From NCBI GenBank assembly GCA_965644295.1, contig CBFFRP010000362.1, forward strand, positions 310,001-374,000: a DNA stretch of 64,000 nucleotides, read 5' to 3'. The notes under the pieces are model-generated. The model did no database searches. It saw nothing but the letters and a program-made list of their open reading frames with translations, and had not been told where the DNA came from. The translations under genes and the position numbers were made by a program. This stretch comes from Paraphysomonas bandaiensis (Eukaryota; Protista; Chrysophyceae). This document shows, in pieces, positions 42,032 through 54,100 of the stretch. Position 1 is the stretch's first letter; each line of letters opens with the position of its first letter.

Positions 42032-43025
42032 ATGGCATTTAAAATAAAGAAAAGTGTTGTACACACGGCGGTATGCTCGGTTGTGTCTCTTACTATTGTG
42101 GTGCTAGTGATAACTCTCCTAGCTGTGACAGTTAATCGTGAGGTGGGCCAAGAGGAAATAGTGGTACCCTATGACACATATTCCATGAAATTCTACGGGA
42201 CTAAAGAACAGGGGAAGTATACCACAGGTTTATATGAGTCACACCTGGATCGGGTTGTTGTGATATTGTTATGTAGGTGTGGGCGTCAAGTGGTATACCT
42301 TCAAACGCAACTTACGCAATTTAAATGTGGGAAAAATTAGCTGCCTGAGCAATGATAAGATTGAGATGGTTTTGGATGTCAAAATTCAGATTATTATGGA
42401 CAAAGACGCTCTAAAGCGAGTTGTATTGAAACAATTTAAGAATGGGGATGGGCATACTGAGTTTTTGAGATTTGTGGCCAGAAGTTCAATTATTTCGACA
42501 TGTTTAAACTCCACAGCCGAAGAGTATTACTCTGAACGCAGAGGAATTGATGCTGCTATGTTTGAAAATTTGCAGCGAGACATAAATGACTATGATTTTG
42601 GTGCTACGGTTGAATTCTTCCAATTGGAAACAATCACTCTTCCAGATGCTCTCATTGATGTCATCACAGGTAAGCTTCTCGATTACATTTGATTTCACGG
42701 CTTATACCAGCATAAATTAGAAAAGCAAAACATCGAACAGGATATCGTAACTGCTAGGAATGACCGTCAAAATGCTATCATTACTGCGACTACTGCGCTA
42801 CTGAAAGCGGAGCAATCTGCCCATGTGACCGTTATTGAAGCCAATAACACCGCTGTCATTGTACGAAATCGAGCGCTTCAGACCGAATCTATTATACAGA
42901 CAGAATGGGGTAATCGGGCAATTGCTTATCAGAGTATTGTTGACGGTTTGGATTTGGATGAAGAGGAATTTCTGGAGTATCTTAACTCAGAATTATTGCG
43001 GCAGTCTAGCCGTGTGATTGCGTAG
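42032..43025 (+). CDS. SPFH/band-7 (prohibitin-like) membrane protein, 3 exons
   Basis: N-terminal TM segment, CLSNDKIEMVLDV, AEEYYSERRGI, FFQLETITLP and a C-terminal coiled coil. Confidence 0.8.
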
Positions 43026-43956
43026 TAATAGAAGTTACCACGCTATGAAAAATGTACTTCTGTCGCCATATTAATGTAGATCAGTTTATTGTATGATAAT
43101 ACTATGAGCTGTTCTTACTGATTGAGAAGATTTATGTGTATTATTAATTTATCATGAGATACCATCATAGTATATCTATTTTTACGAATGCCTACTTGGT
43201 TGGAGTTGTGGACAATCTATAAGTATGATAATCCTATCAATTAATATTGACCTCATGTACGTGTCTGTATTATCAAAGCAGTTGAGTCACTATAATGTTG
43301 ATATACCGAAACATCTTTGATAAGAAACAAAAAATTTGCTGCGTGTGTTTTATAGGCTAGACAGATGATTATACTTCAATAGATAGAGCTGTATATACAA
43401 GCTATTTAACATGGTCTCGCACACATTTCTAGTACATTGATATTTGCTATACCGAATAAAAAACGTTAAAATCTAGTGAATTAAGAATTATTACTCAGAC
43501 TTAAGTTATATGATGTAATAATAAGATTAAGTGGCTAACGATAACTGATGATCAATTAGAAGAAAACAGAGCCAAAGGGTACGTTATTTCTACAACAGAT
43601 GTGTTGGAAGAGTTGTATTTACATCGGAATATTTTTGTGAATATGTAGAGAAGCAGGAAACACATATAGATGTATGGACTTGTGCAAGTCTGCATGTCCT
43701 TACAAAAGATATGATTATCTCAGCATATAAATACATACGTACACATGCATGCGTTTGCTGCAAATTAGCGACAAATCTTGAGCATATATAAATTTCACGT
43801 AATCTCATAGTTCATTACAGACAGTACCATCTAGTTCTCATTATTGCTTGCGCTTGTAACAGAAGAGCAATAACAGTACATACAATGAATAAACTGATTA
43901 TTACCCAACAGCCCTATAGTAGTACTCCAGCTCCACACTCTACTACTCTAGTTCCA

Positions 43957-44217
43957 CTACTTATTACCAGATACTAGCCGGGGGGCTCTGGAGCTAAAAG
44001 CCATTTCTGATGCATTTCTCTTTTTACCACGACTGAGAGCATTGCGCAGTAAGTCGAGCTTATCCACTACCCCATCTGCATTGTCTTCTTTTTCCATTTC
44101 AAACACGGTTTCATGATGTAAATCAGCACATAAATCAGCGACGTATTCGGACTGAGCTTTCACTGCGCATTCCAAATGCTTTACTCCACGTTTCCCTCCA
44201 ATGTTAACAGGCATAGT
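43957..44217 (-). CDS. Small hypothetical protein (about 86 aa)
   Basis: Protein-like ORF MPVNIGGKRG..., divergent from the gene at 44544. Confidence 0.45.
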   Translation of the reverse strand, partial: TMPVNIGGKRGVKHLECAVKAQSEYVADLCADLHHETVFEMEKEDNADGVVDKLDLLRNALSRGKKRNASEMAFSSRAPRLVSGNK

Positions 44218-44543
44218 GCCATACATATGTACAATTACTGTACACACACAGACAGTAACTGTATAACGATGTATTCTCAAGGTGATAGACTTCTGCAGTA
44301 GGAATTCCTACAGCTGGACAAACGTATAGCGATATACAGTGTCTTCTGCTGTATAGTTGTAGAGGTATACGTGCGGGACAGTGCTGGAATGTGCTGGCTG
44401 CTCTGTATATCTATCCATATACATGTATGTACTGGCTCTCTTAGGCTTGATCATATATACTGTACATGTAACTATATAGAGACATGTAGAACCTTATCGA
44501 CCTGTAGATAGTCATCACCATCTCCATCTCTTCCATGTAAACC

Positions 44544-46259
44544 ATGCGAGACTCCACATCATTCAAACGCACCACCTCCCGTATCTCTCCCTCTCCTTCT
44601 CCCTCCTTATCTGTAGATATTAATAAAGAGATTGAGAGACATCGTGTTGAGTTACATCTATTCGATCATGAGAGCTCATGGACATCTCTGAGAGCTCAAT
44701 CTATAACCACATGTACTATTCTTAAACAACATCAACACAGGAGTGTTACAGGGGACATGATAGAGGACAGAGTCCGTCAGATAACAGCTGTTAATCCATG
44801 GCTGTCCTCTCGTCTTAAGATAGTCAGTAGCGGTGTTAAGGCTATATATAACTCACAAGCACCGAGAGATATAAAGGTTAAAGAAGAGAGATTACGGAAG
44901 TTTAATGCGCAGTCTTATCAAGCGATTGTTGATGCGATAGCACCGTTTCGTGTGAAAACTGGAAGAGAATGTGTCGATACGTCGGAGTTTTTATTTAAAG
45001 TAACACTACTCACTGTACCTTCTCTGAGTGGTGGAGATATTGAAGCTGTCGTTATAGTGGTTTCGTTGTCTGCTGTTCTCGGAGATGTTCATACGTATTA
45101 TCAAATTTTAAATATGCTACAACCGTCTGCGGATTTAACAGCTCTAATCCCAGAGCGTATTGTGGAGCATCCAATATTTGTGAAGGATCACCTTGGAAAA
45201 GCAGAAAACGATTGGTTGGGTTCGGGGACGTTTCGCATGGGTGAAGTGCTGAGTAAACTTACTAGCATGAAATCTGTTGCAAATGTGTATGAGGTGGACA
45301 CAACAGATTATATCCAGCAACGTAAAACTGAAAGTAAGCAAGAATACGATGAGCGGGTATCTACACACGATATCCTTACCTCCTGGTTTATGGCCCATTG
45401 TGGTTGCACCACGGGTTTGATGTACATTGACTTCCGATGGAGAGAAGAGCGACTGACAGCCTCAATGGCTGGAAATTACTCCCACCGAATAATATATCGT
45501 CCGGACGACTATCAACGACCTGGTTTAATACGGCGGTCAATTCAGACACTACAGCGATGTGGACGACACCCCCAAGTGTCGAGACGAAAAGAGAGCTATT
45601 TCGTTTCTGTGTTCACCCCGTTGCCTGGAATTGTGAGCACACTGCGAAATAATACTGCTCTTGTGTCGAATTGGAAAACTAGTGCATGCTCACTACGTTT
45701 CCAGAACTGTTCCCTTATTCGACATCTACCAGTAATCGATTTCCAGGAGGAACCGTACAAGAACTATATGGTTGTGTTTTCACCGATGGATGGGAAGACT
45801 GGTGTCATCATATCTACACGTCACAGATATCTGAAGTTTCCCATAGAAGGGCATCACACTCCATTGTGGGACAACCTCCTCACGCCGGAGTACCCTAAGC
45901 GGCGTATGGACGTGCAATTGGCGGAGGAAATAGTGGAGAAAGAGAATGAACCCGAAGAGGAAAAAGTAAAAGTTGAGGAAGAAGTTAAGGTCGATGATGA
46001 AGTAGTTACAGAGGAGGTGGAGGAGAAGGGGTTGGTTGCTCCTGTGTCATACCCTAGTATTGTTGATCTCCACCCTTTAAAGGGAGTTTCTCCATTGCCA
46101 CCGATATATATTTTGCCAGAAACTGAAAATACCATAGAATCTGAACCGAAAAAGAAAAAGAAGAAAGAAAAGAAGAAGTCGAAATCGAAGAGAAAGGATA
46201 AGCCAGTTAGTCAAGGAGAGAATATCGCCTCTGCTACCACAGCCGAACAGTCTCGTTAA
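44544..46259 (+). CDS. Hypothetical protein with possible CoA-dependent acyltransferase-like fold and Glu/Lys-rich tail, 571 aa
   Basis: Intronless ORF. NPWLSSRL, SLSAVLGDVHTYY, STHD and AGNY fit the layout of the transferase fold. Confidence 0.7.
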   Translation: MRDSTSFKRTTSRISPSPSPSLSVDINKEIERHRVELHLFDHESSWTSLRAQSITTCTILKQHQHRSVTGDMIEDRVRQITAVNPWLSSRLKIVSSGVKAIYNSQAPRDIKVKEERLRKFNAQSYQAIVDAIAPFRVKTGRECVDTSEFLFKVTLLTVPSLSGGDIEAVVIVVSLSAVLGDVHTYYQILNMLQPSADLTALIPERIVEHPIFVKDHLGKAENDWLGSGTFRMGEVLSKLTSMKSVANVYEVDTTDYIQQRKTESKQEYDERVSTHDILTSWFMAHCGCTTGLMYIDFRWREERLTASMAGNYSHRIIYRPDDYQRPGLIRRSIQTLQRCGRHPQVSRRKESYFVSVFTPLPGIVSTLRNNTALVSNWKTSACSLRFQNCSLIRHLPVIDFQEEPYKNYMVVFSPMDGKTGVIISTRHRYLKFPIEGHHTPLWDNLLTPEYPKRRMDVQLAEEIVEKENEPEEEKVKVEEEVKVDDEVVTEEVEEKGLVAPVSYPSIVDLHPLKGVSPLPPIYILPETENTIESEPKKKKKKEKKKSKSKRKDKPVSQGENIASATTAEQSR

Positions 46260-46571
46260 TTGTTTTTACTATTATCTTATGTATTTATCTTTGTGATATT
46301 GTATTTGGATGTATTACTTGTATGTATTTGAATTGTTCTTTAATGAAATTTTCTATGAACGTATATTATTCTCAGTAGTGGCCCACATGAGTAGACATTG
46401 TCCTACTTACTACAATATTTTAGCAATAACGCTGAAGACAATGACGAATATAAGGAAGCGAATACTAATTGTTTGAGTAGTGCCGCTATATTAATTTAGT
46501 TACACTCATTATGCACTTTCAAGTTAGTAGTATAAACAATAAACCTCTATTATTTGAAAGCGTAATCATCG

Positions 46572-49500
46572 TCACATCGAGTTAGTACTGCACTGACTAG
46601 TTTTGACAGAATCTACTGTACTTGGAGAATCACAACTTGCTCTTTCGAATTCTTCTACCCATCTGGTTATATCTTGCAGTTCAGGGGAATTTATATGATA
46701 AACGACGTCATCCATCAGTAATGTATCTGTTGATTCTGACCCGTCAACACTTGAATTACAAAAGTTTTCCATATGCTTTTCCAAATCTTTACTGCTTTTG
46801 CCGTGCCGTATGTCTAGACCATTTCCTTCTACATTTGACTCTTCCATCAATGCACTATGTTGATTGGCTTTGCTGTCGATTTTACTATCTGTACCGTCAC
46901 TTGCAGAACCGTAACCTGACAAGAGACTGCAATTCCAATCGGTAAAGCACACAGATAAGAGATCAGATTCACTCCTGCAACGAGATAGGACTTCAGAATG
47001 AAAAGTATATTGGTCACACGAAGCTCGGACAGGCGCACTTAATGGTCTTGGAGTGTTATGACATGAAGGTGAATTAAAACTGCTTGCACTAAGTTGATTT
47101 AGGCTGATCACAGATGAAGGGTGCGTTACAATTACAGGAGGAGAGACACTCTCCTCCATAGAATACAAGCTTTCGGTGCGACTGCTGTCATCTGTGTCAC
47201 TGCAATCCGATTCAACTGCAGGGGTTTCTCCCAAACGAGACCCTGAGCGATCAGATGAATTTTCAGACAGGAAGTGAGTGTAGTCATACTCTTGCTCCAC
47301 TGAATTCCGTCCAAAGCGAAAGTACCTTCTTTGTAATGCAACTTCCATTGGCTGAAACTCCTCTGGGGTGTCTACTCGAGGTCCAGAGAAAATACTGAAC
47401 AAAGATGAAACAGAGTTCCGGCAACCAGAAAGCAGATGCATTAGTGCTGGCATGTGACTAGTTGTTTCGGCCTTAGGGTCTGCACTTTCCTGAGCGAAAG
47501 CATTCATCGAGTGTTCATTCACATTTGTACATGCCTCAACGTCCTCAACCTTGCGGACGTTATCACTCACGTGGAAGATAATAAGCAATATCAACGACAG
47601 CATACACATGAAGAGCGTAAAGTCAATCAATCTTGATCCAATGGTATACATCATAAGAGCTCCAATTGCACTGTGCAGTAGCACCGGTGTCGCACATATC
47701 ATAGCCAGAATGGCCTTCACTGCAAGAAGTATATACAGCACTGGGACTAACCATGACGAGTTGACAGTTTGGACAATTTCCCGACTGTATCTAACGTGAT
47801 TTAAAGTGAGACTGTCAAAATCATCAGTTAAACTAGACACTGTGGGACGACGAGCACTACTGGATATCTGAACTGCATCCACTGGGACAGAATGGCTTGT
47901 ATTAGTGACCCCATTGTTGCAGAAGTAATCTTCATCGCTACATTTCTCGTCGATGTCTGAAGAATGGGGGGGTTGGCTGATGGCAAGTATTGCATTAATT
48001 GAGCTTCGTGAAGTTGGCAGTAGTTGATGGGATCCATTGCATCTGTTAATTTGCATTTCTGTAATCCTGTCTCCTATGCTTCCATTCTTTGGTGATGTTT
48101 CGTCGGATGGATCGTACTTTTCTTCTGTTGATTGAGTCGTATGGATTGGTAGGTCTCCTCGTAGATTTACAACATGACCGTCCTGCTCCATATGATGAAG
48201 CATGATGTCACTTAAACTCCTTTGACGAGATGTACACACGGCATTATTGCATGCAGAAACTTTCGTGTGACTCGGAAGCATATCAATGCTGTTGTCGTTA
48301 ACTTTGAGGCTCGACACCACAGAAATCTTGCATGTCACAAATACAAAAACAAAAAGCACCATGCCACACAAAACCTAAAAGGGATAAATTAAACCATTTT
48401 TAACACTTCCACCGAATACCTGTAGCCATTCCCATCCATCCATTAACGTTAGATTGAAGTGAAGTAACTCGCCGCGGATCCATATCTGAGAAAAGACAAC
48501 TATATACACAACAGTCACGGTGATCCCCGTCATCGCAGTTATCTACACAGTCGTATTAGTACAAATTACAAGTCCACATGTTGAAACCATACCCGTGTTG
48601 CCAATTGAGAAAATATATCAGTTGTGCAGCTGGAACGCAGTGGGCCTCGCAGTGACAAATCCCGAAACATATGCTCAATAGCACATGCTGTCATATGACA
48701 TAAATAGAGAACAATACGTCCAATAATTACGGTAGGAGAGAAAATTTTAGTGAAAAACAATACATGTGCAATGAAACACCAATATAAGTCAACAAATATG
48801 TTCGTACCACTCAAAAGAACTAAAGGAATCGTAAGAAAATGACAGAACACTGTTGTATTCCACAATATGAATGCACCCTCGACAGACAAATCTTCATGTA
48901 ACCAGTAGTAAAAGGAAAACTCTAAGCATAGAAAGGATCGAAATGGAATCCAGAAGTACATAATCACCACCAGTATTGACGACACTATTCTATGAAACAA
49001 AAACGTAAGATTACGGTGACTAATAAGCACAAAAGCGATATACTTTGCGGTCTACAAATATATCGGAATTTGTTCTTACCTCATAGATACCACGAACATT
49101 ACAACGACTACCACTATCGTCAAAGCAAGCAATGCTCCCGCTGTGATACCATAGTCTACAGGGAAAGTAACATCATGAAGTCTAAGGTAGCTGATCCGAC
49201 GTTCGATGGCCACGGGAAGCTGACGAATTACATATAACGTATACACCGATTTCTTGAGTACGTATGCACAAAATATCACTGTAAGAACTGGCACCAAAAC
49301 TATACCTACTTCCACGTATCAAGAATGAACTAAAATATATAGCGTACAAAACCTGCACCGCCATATATTGCACCCCAAAACCCTTGATCTCGACTACAGT
49401 CACAGACGTGCTTACATGTGCGTTGGGCGCCTATGCGGGTTTCGGGACCGGATGGACTTGGTGTTATACTAGCTGTCGGCGTGGCTGTCGGAGTGCCAAA

Positions 49501-50715
49501 GGGTGGATACCCTGCACCTCGACCAAAGTTATAGCACCATTCCAGATGCTCCTCCGGGCATACAGTAAGCCAGTACAGCCCATCAGCTAGTTCCTCTCTA
49601 CTTGTTTCTCGTATCGACGCTTGCATATCACCCCCCCATACTGATGAATTGATCTGGCTATGAAGATACGCCACCGTATAGTTATTAGCATACGGAAATG
49701 GTAAGTTTCCAGTGAATACTAGTTTCCATATCAAATACTCCCTTGTGATTGCTGCTGTTGTATACCTCCCAGCCAGTAGTTCATGAAGGCGTCCAAGAAG
49801 GGTGGCATTGTACGATGAGATATTTGATGATGATATGTAGTCTAGTTCACTAGTAAGACCTTCAGAAAGAACATCGACATTCGCACCATCCACAAGAGTG
49901 CTCGTGCTACTATTACCAACGAACAAAGTAAATACGACGGACTCGTTTTGGTCGCCATGTCGAGGGCGTCCTATACGTGAGACATGTGTCGGACTTTCGG
50001 TGGGGTGCATTGAGTGATTACTACTTCCAGTACCGGAACCTCCACCACCACTTCCTATAGTTGGTAACACACTCGGCACACTTGTGTTTTCTCCTCCTCC
50101 ACCATGTCCATTTCCACCTCCACCTCCTATAGTTGGTAATGCACTCGGTGCAGTAGTGTTCTCTCCAGCCCTTCCAGAGCCTCCCCCTCCACCACTACCT
50201 CCTCCAGATCCTCCCCCTCCACTACTACCTCCTCCAGATCCTCCCCCTCCACCACTACCTCCTCCGGACCCTCCCCCTCCACCACTACTACCTCCTCCAG
50301 ATCCTCCCCCTCCACCACTACTACCTCCTCCAGATCCTCCCCCTCCACCACTACCTCCTCCAGATCCCCCCCCTCCACCACTACCTCCTCCTCCAGATCC
50401 CCCCCCTCCACCACTACCTCCTCCAGATCCTCCCCCTCCACCACTACCTCCTCCAGATTCTCCGCTTATAGGATCCTTCCCATCATGAGGGCCATCACTT
50501 GTGGGGCTATCAGGAGACGGTTTCGGCTTAACTTTAGGCGGTGGCTTATTTCTCAACTGACTCCAACCAAAAACACCCGCCACTCTCCCATATCTCTCTG
50601 TATGGGTGGGTGTTATGGGCTCTAATGATCGTCTGTAATAAGAGTCAGATGATGATAGCAAGCCGCATATACATAGAGCCGCATACACTATACGATATCT
50701 TGTCATGGTTAACAT
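46572..50715 (-). CDS. Receptor-like multi-pass membrane protein (about 1300 aa, 5 exons): signal peptide, Gly/Ser ectodomain, 7-8 TM segments, long Ser-rich tail
   Basis: Four short GT-AG introns join the ORFs in frame (GA|GIVLVP, MR|IVSS, TR|ITAM, WLQ|VLCG). Confidence 0.75.
50176..50457 (-). repeat. Coding tandem repeat encoding (GGGSGGGGGS)n
   Basis: Near-perfect 30-33-nt units, cctccccctccaccactacctcctccagat on the + strand. Confidence 0.95.
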
Positions 50716-52408
50716 ATGAATGGAGTGATATGCTCATACTTACCTCTACATCCTGTGAAATCTAGTAGCTAAAGTGACCTGCTCTTTCACACCTCATGAG
50801 GAGATACATGGAGGGATATATACACAGATGCGATCACAGGATACGACTGTGATAGACGGAAGTGTATGATGTATCCTCTATGCACAGTCGGCATATATCA
50901 TACTTCTGGACTTCGTATTCCTAGCTACAGTATACGGTATACGGTATGTGGTATACTACACTGTGGCCCACTCTGACCCCTGTACAGATATCTAGATATC
51001 CAGATATAGACATACTCTGCTGTCTATGTATTGGATATAGTACACATATATCAGACCGGATTCAACACTCTCATTACAAATTTAAATCTTTCAATGAACT
51101 GAAACTTATTGATAGAGTTTCAGTTCATACCGGGTGAGCATAGAGTGATAACGAGACTGAGAATGCATTATGGATATGGATGCAAAATCTCATGCTATCC
51201 ACATGGGTACAACTAAGATAACGGAGTGTATAGGATTGCAGGTCATCGAGAGATACACAATTTCGTTCTGACTTAGTTTCCGATTTGCATTTGATAGAAT
51301 AGAGGTACGTATAGTACCTTAATATACCACAGAGGTAGTTGGTTCGTTGCACAGTATCACCACTACTGGATTGTGGATACTGGGTACACTGCTATGATAT
51401 GAACTATCAATTTATTCATTTTCTAACATAGCAGAATAAAAATGCGTTTATTTTATGAAATTTTATATTCTAATTAGCATTTTAACATTATCTCACGTGC
51501 TTTACAAAGTAGTATTCGATTTATATATATCTAAGTTTACATAATCAAAACACAAGGTACACTCAAATGAGCGCACGGTTTATATTAATGTAGTGTACAA
51601 TATACTTGTAACAGGCTAGCTCTTTAGAAATCAATCAACAATTCAGTGTTCTTACCCTACGGTTAAGATGTACACCACTTCTAGTCGTACTAATAGGACT
51701 AAACAATAAACAAGGAATAACTACTGAATCAACACACCAAACTTCGCTAGAAACATAGCTCATAGATTCAACAACAGACAAAACCTCTCAGTGAAATTAA
51801 CTCATGAAAAATATTACTCAACCTATTGAAAATGAATAAACTCCCTATACCCCAAACCCTACTCAACTAGTCAAAGAGTAAATAATTCAATGTCTGTATT
51901 CACTAATTGATAGCTAGATGAATACCATAAATGTAATGACTAAGTTTATACTATTCTTGGTGTGACTAGGAAAGTACACCTAATTGACCACCTTAACTCA
52001 TGACGCATTAACATTCTTCATTTACCGACATAGTATTAACAAATTTAACTCCCCCTAATGTAGATATGTAGACCGAGAAAAATCCAAACTTAATCGAAAC
52101 TTAATGCGTAAAATACGAAGTAGAAGTATTATTTATCATCCATCATTCAACAGACAAAAATTAACCCTATAAATGACCTGTATAGAGAAGAAACGCAAGC
52201 AATATGAATCTATGCTTGCAACAACGAGCAAAACGCCAGTCGATATTCAAACTGCAGACAGGCCTTTTTCGGGTGAGTATCTAAACTAAAAGCTAGCTAT
52301 ATATGTAAAGTGTGAGATCAAGGCAAGTACAGCAGGATGTTCATAGAGCGGCTTACAGAGTAGCATATATTTCACAATACTACTCAGAATACCCTCGGCG
52401 AGGCAATA

Positions 52409-53388
52409 TTAGCAGCACTTAGAGGATTCTTTCTTCGGAGGAACAATAGGGAACGCCTCCCTCTCAGGGGCAGCTGGTGTCTTCGGTAGTTTCTTAGCTG
52501 GACAAAAAATTAGTTATCAGCACAAGCGAAGAATCTGTCTACACATAATATGCGCCTTGGCCACTACACATATACCCGGCCACTATACATTGCTATAAAC
52601 TAACTTACCGATTTCAACAAAGAGGTTTCGGACATTGAGAGCGGTCTTTGCCGATGTCTCCATGTATATAATATCACTGTCGAGAGCGTATTGCTGTGCC
52701 TCTTCTGTTTGGACCTATGCAATAAATTTTAGAAAATGTGAACGCTAAGATAGAGTAGTATATACGCCGCGTGTATAATTGAATGGCGTATGTGTCGGAA
52801 TGTCCTATTTATTTTCTTTGATTTCATATCTGTGTAACTCACTTTTCTCTTTGAATCCATATCGGCCTTATTTCCAGCTAAAGCAATCACTACGTTCGGA
52901 TCCCCGCGTCTTTGTAACTCTTTTACCCAAGACTTGGCCCCAATAAACGAATCCTAATATACATAACTGAGTTTTAGTAGGCACTCACACCACTTAACTG
53001 GGAATATACCTTCTTAGTGATATCGAACACTACAATTGCGGCAGCAGCGCCACGATAATACATAGGGGCCAAACTGCGGTATCTCTCTAAACGCAACATT
53101 ATAACAACCACTACCTCCATACATGAACTCACCTTGTCCCGCAGTATCCCATATTTCAAACTTAACCGTTGAATCATCGAGTGTAACAGTTTGAGTCAAA
53201 AAAGCGGCTATTAAGAAAAGATATAATAAATAAAACCATCATCATAACTACTCCAGCCTACCGCCAATAGTCGGCTCTTGGAATTCAAAGAATTCATCCC
53301 GTACGAAGCGGACAACAAGACATGATTTTCCCACTGCAGAGTCGCCCAATAGAACCAATTTAAAATGACATATACGATTAGATGCCAT
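52409..53388 (-). CDS. RAB5: Rab5 small GTPase, 6 exons
   Basis: [14 protein letters not shown], effector QEPTIG|AAFLTQ, WDTAGQ|[24 protein letters not shown] and C-terminal CC. Confidence 0.96.
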
Positions 53389-54100
53389 TCTTCACACGAC
53401 TAATATACTCTGAAAATATACTGAACTTTCAAAATATGTTCCGGTGTTACCAGATATATATCGATCAATATACTCTCAGGGACTGGCGGGTGATATAAGA
53501 TCAGTACGGGTGATATAGGAATGTATGTATGTAAGCTGTGTGGATGCTCCTCTACAGGATGTTTCATAGGATGTTATATATGGGATTATACGTCTTGGAG
53601 TTGATTTTTTTTTATTATTCAGCAGGTGTGGCCTGCATTCCGAGAATATCTTGAACCGGCACCCATATGTTTCATTTTGTATATTTTGTACAAAGGATGA
53701 TAAGGTACACAAAAAAATATATGAGAAATTACTTTGTCTGGTTGTGTATCATCTACGAATTCCTTCATAATTTATATTTTACAATTTTTGTCTGTAATAT
53801 TACAGCTTTTCTCCATATATAATCTACTGTATGTATGTTACTGTCGTATTAGTTGGGGTTTAATAATTAATTGTCACGGCATCTGAACACTGTGTTTGTA
53901 ATAAATTGATAAACTGCTCGACATCATTGACAAGAATGTTGATGAGGGATATTTAACTGATGAATGTCACAGTGTTTTCTATCCTGTTACCCCTCTATAT
54001 AAGCTATGCAGGAGATCTTATGACACCCGTATATCCCATACATAAAACAGGATACAGATAGCTAATTAAGATAACTTTGACAAACAAGACTACGTCACCA

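Noticed and set aside
50084-50488. Formin/extensin-like poly-Pro ORF on + strand
   Set aside because: It is the antisense of the Gly-rich repeat in the signal-peptide-bearing minus-strand gene.
53757-53807. GAATTCC followed by AATTTTTGT and a small hairpin, resembling a U7-like snRNA layout
   Set aside because: The matches are very short and lie in highly AT-rich promoter DNA with a weak hairpin, so chance is likely. Revisit only with small-RNA data.
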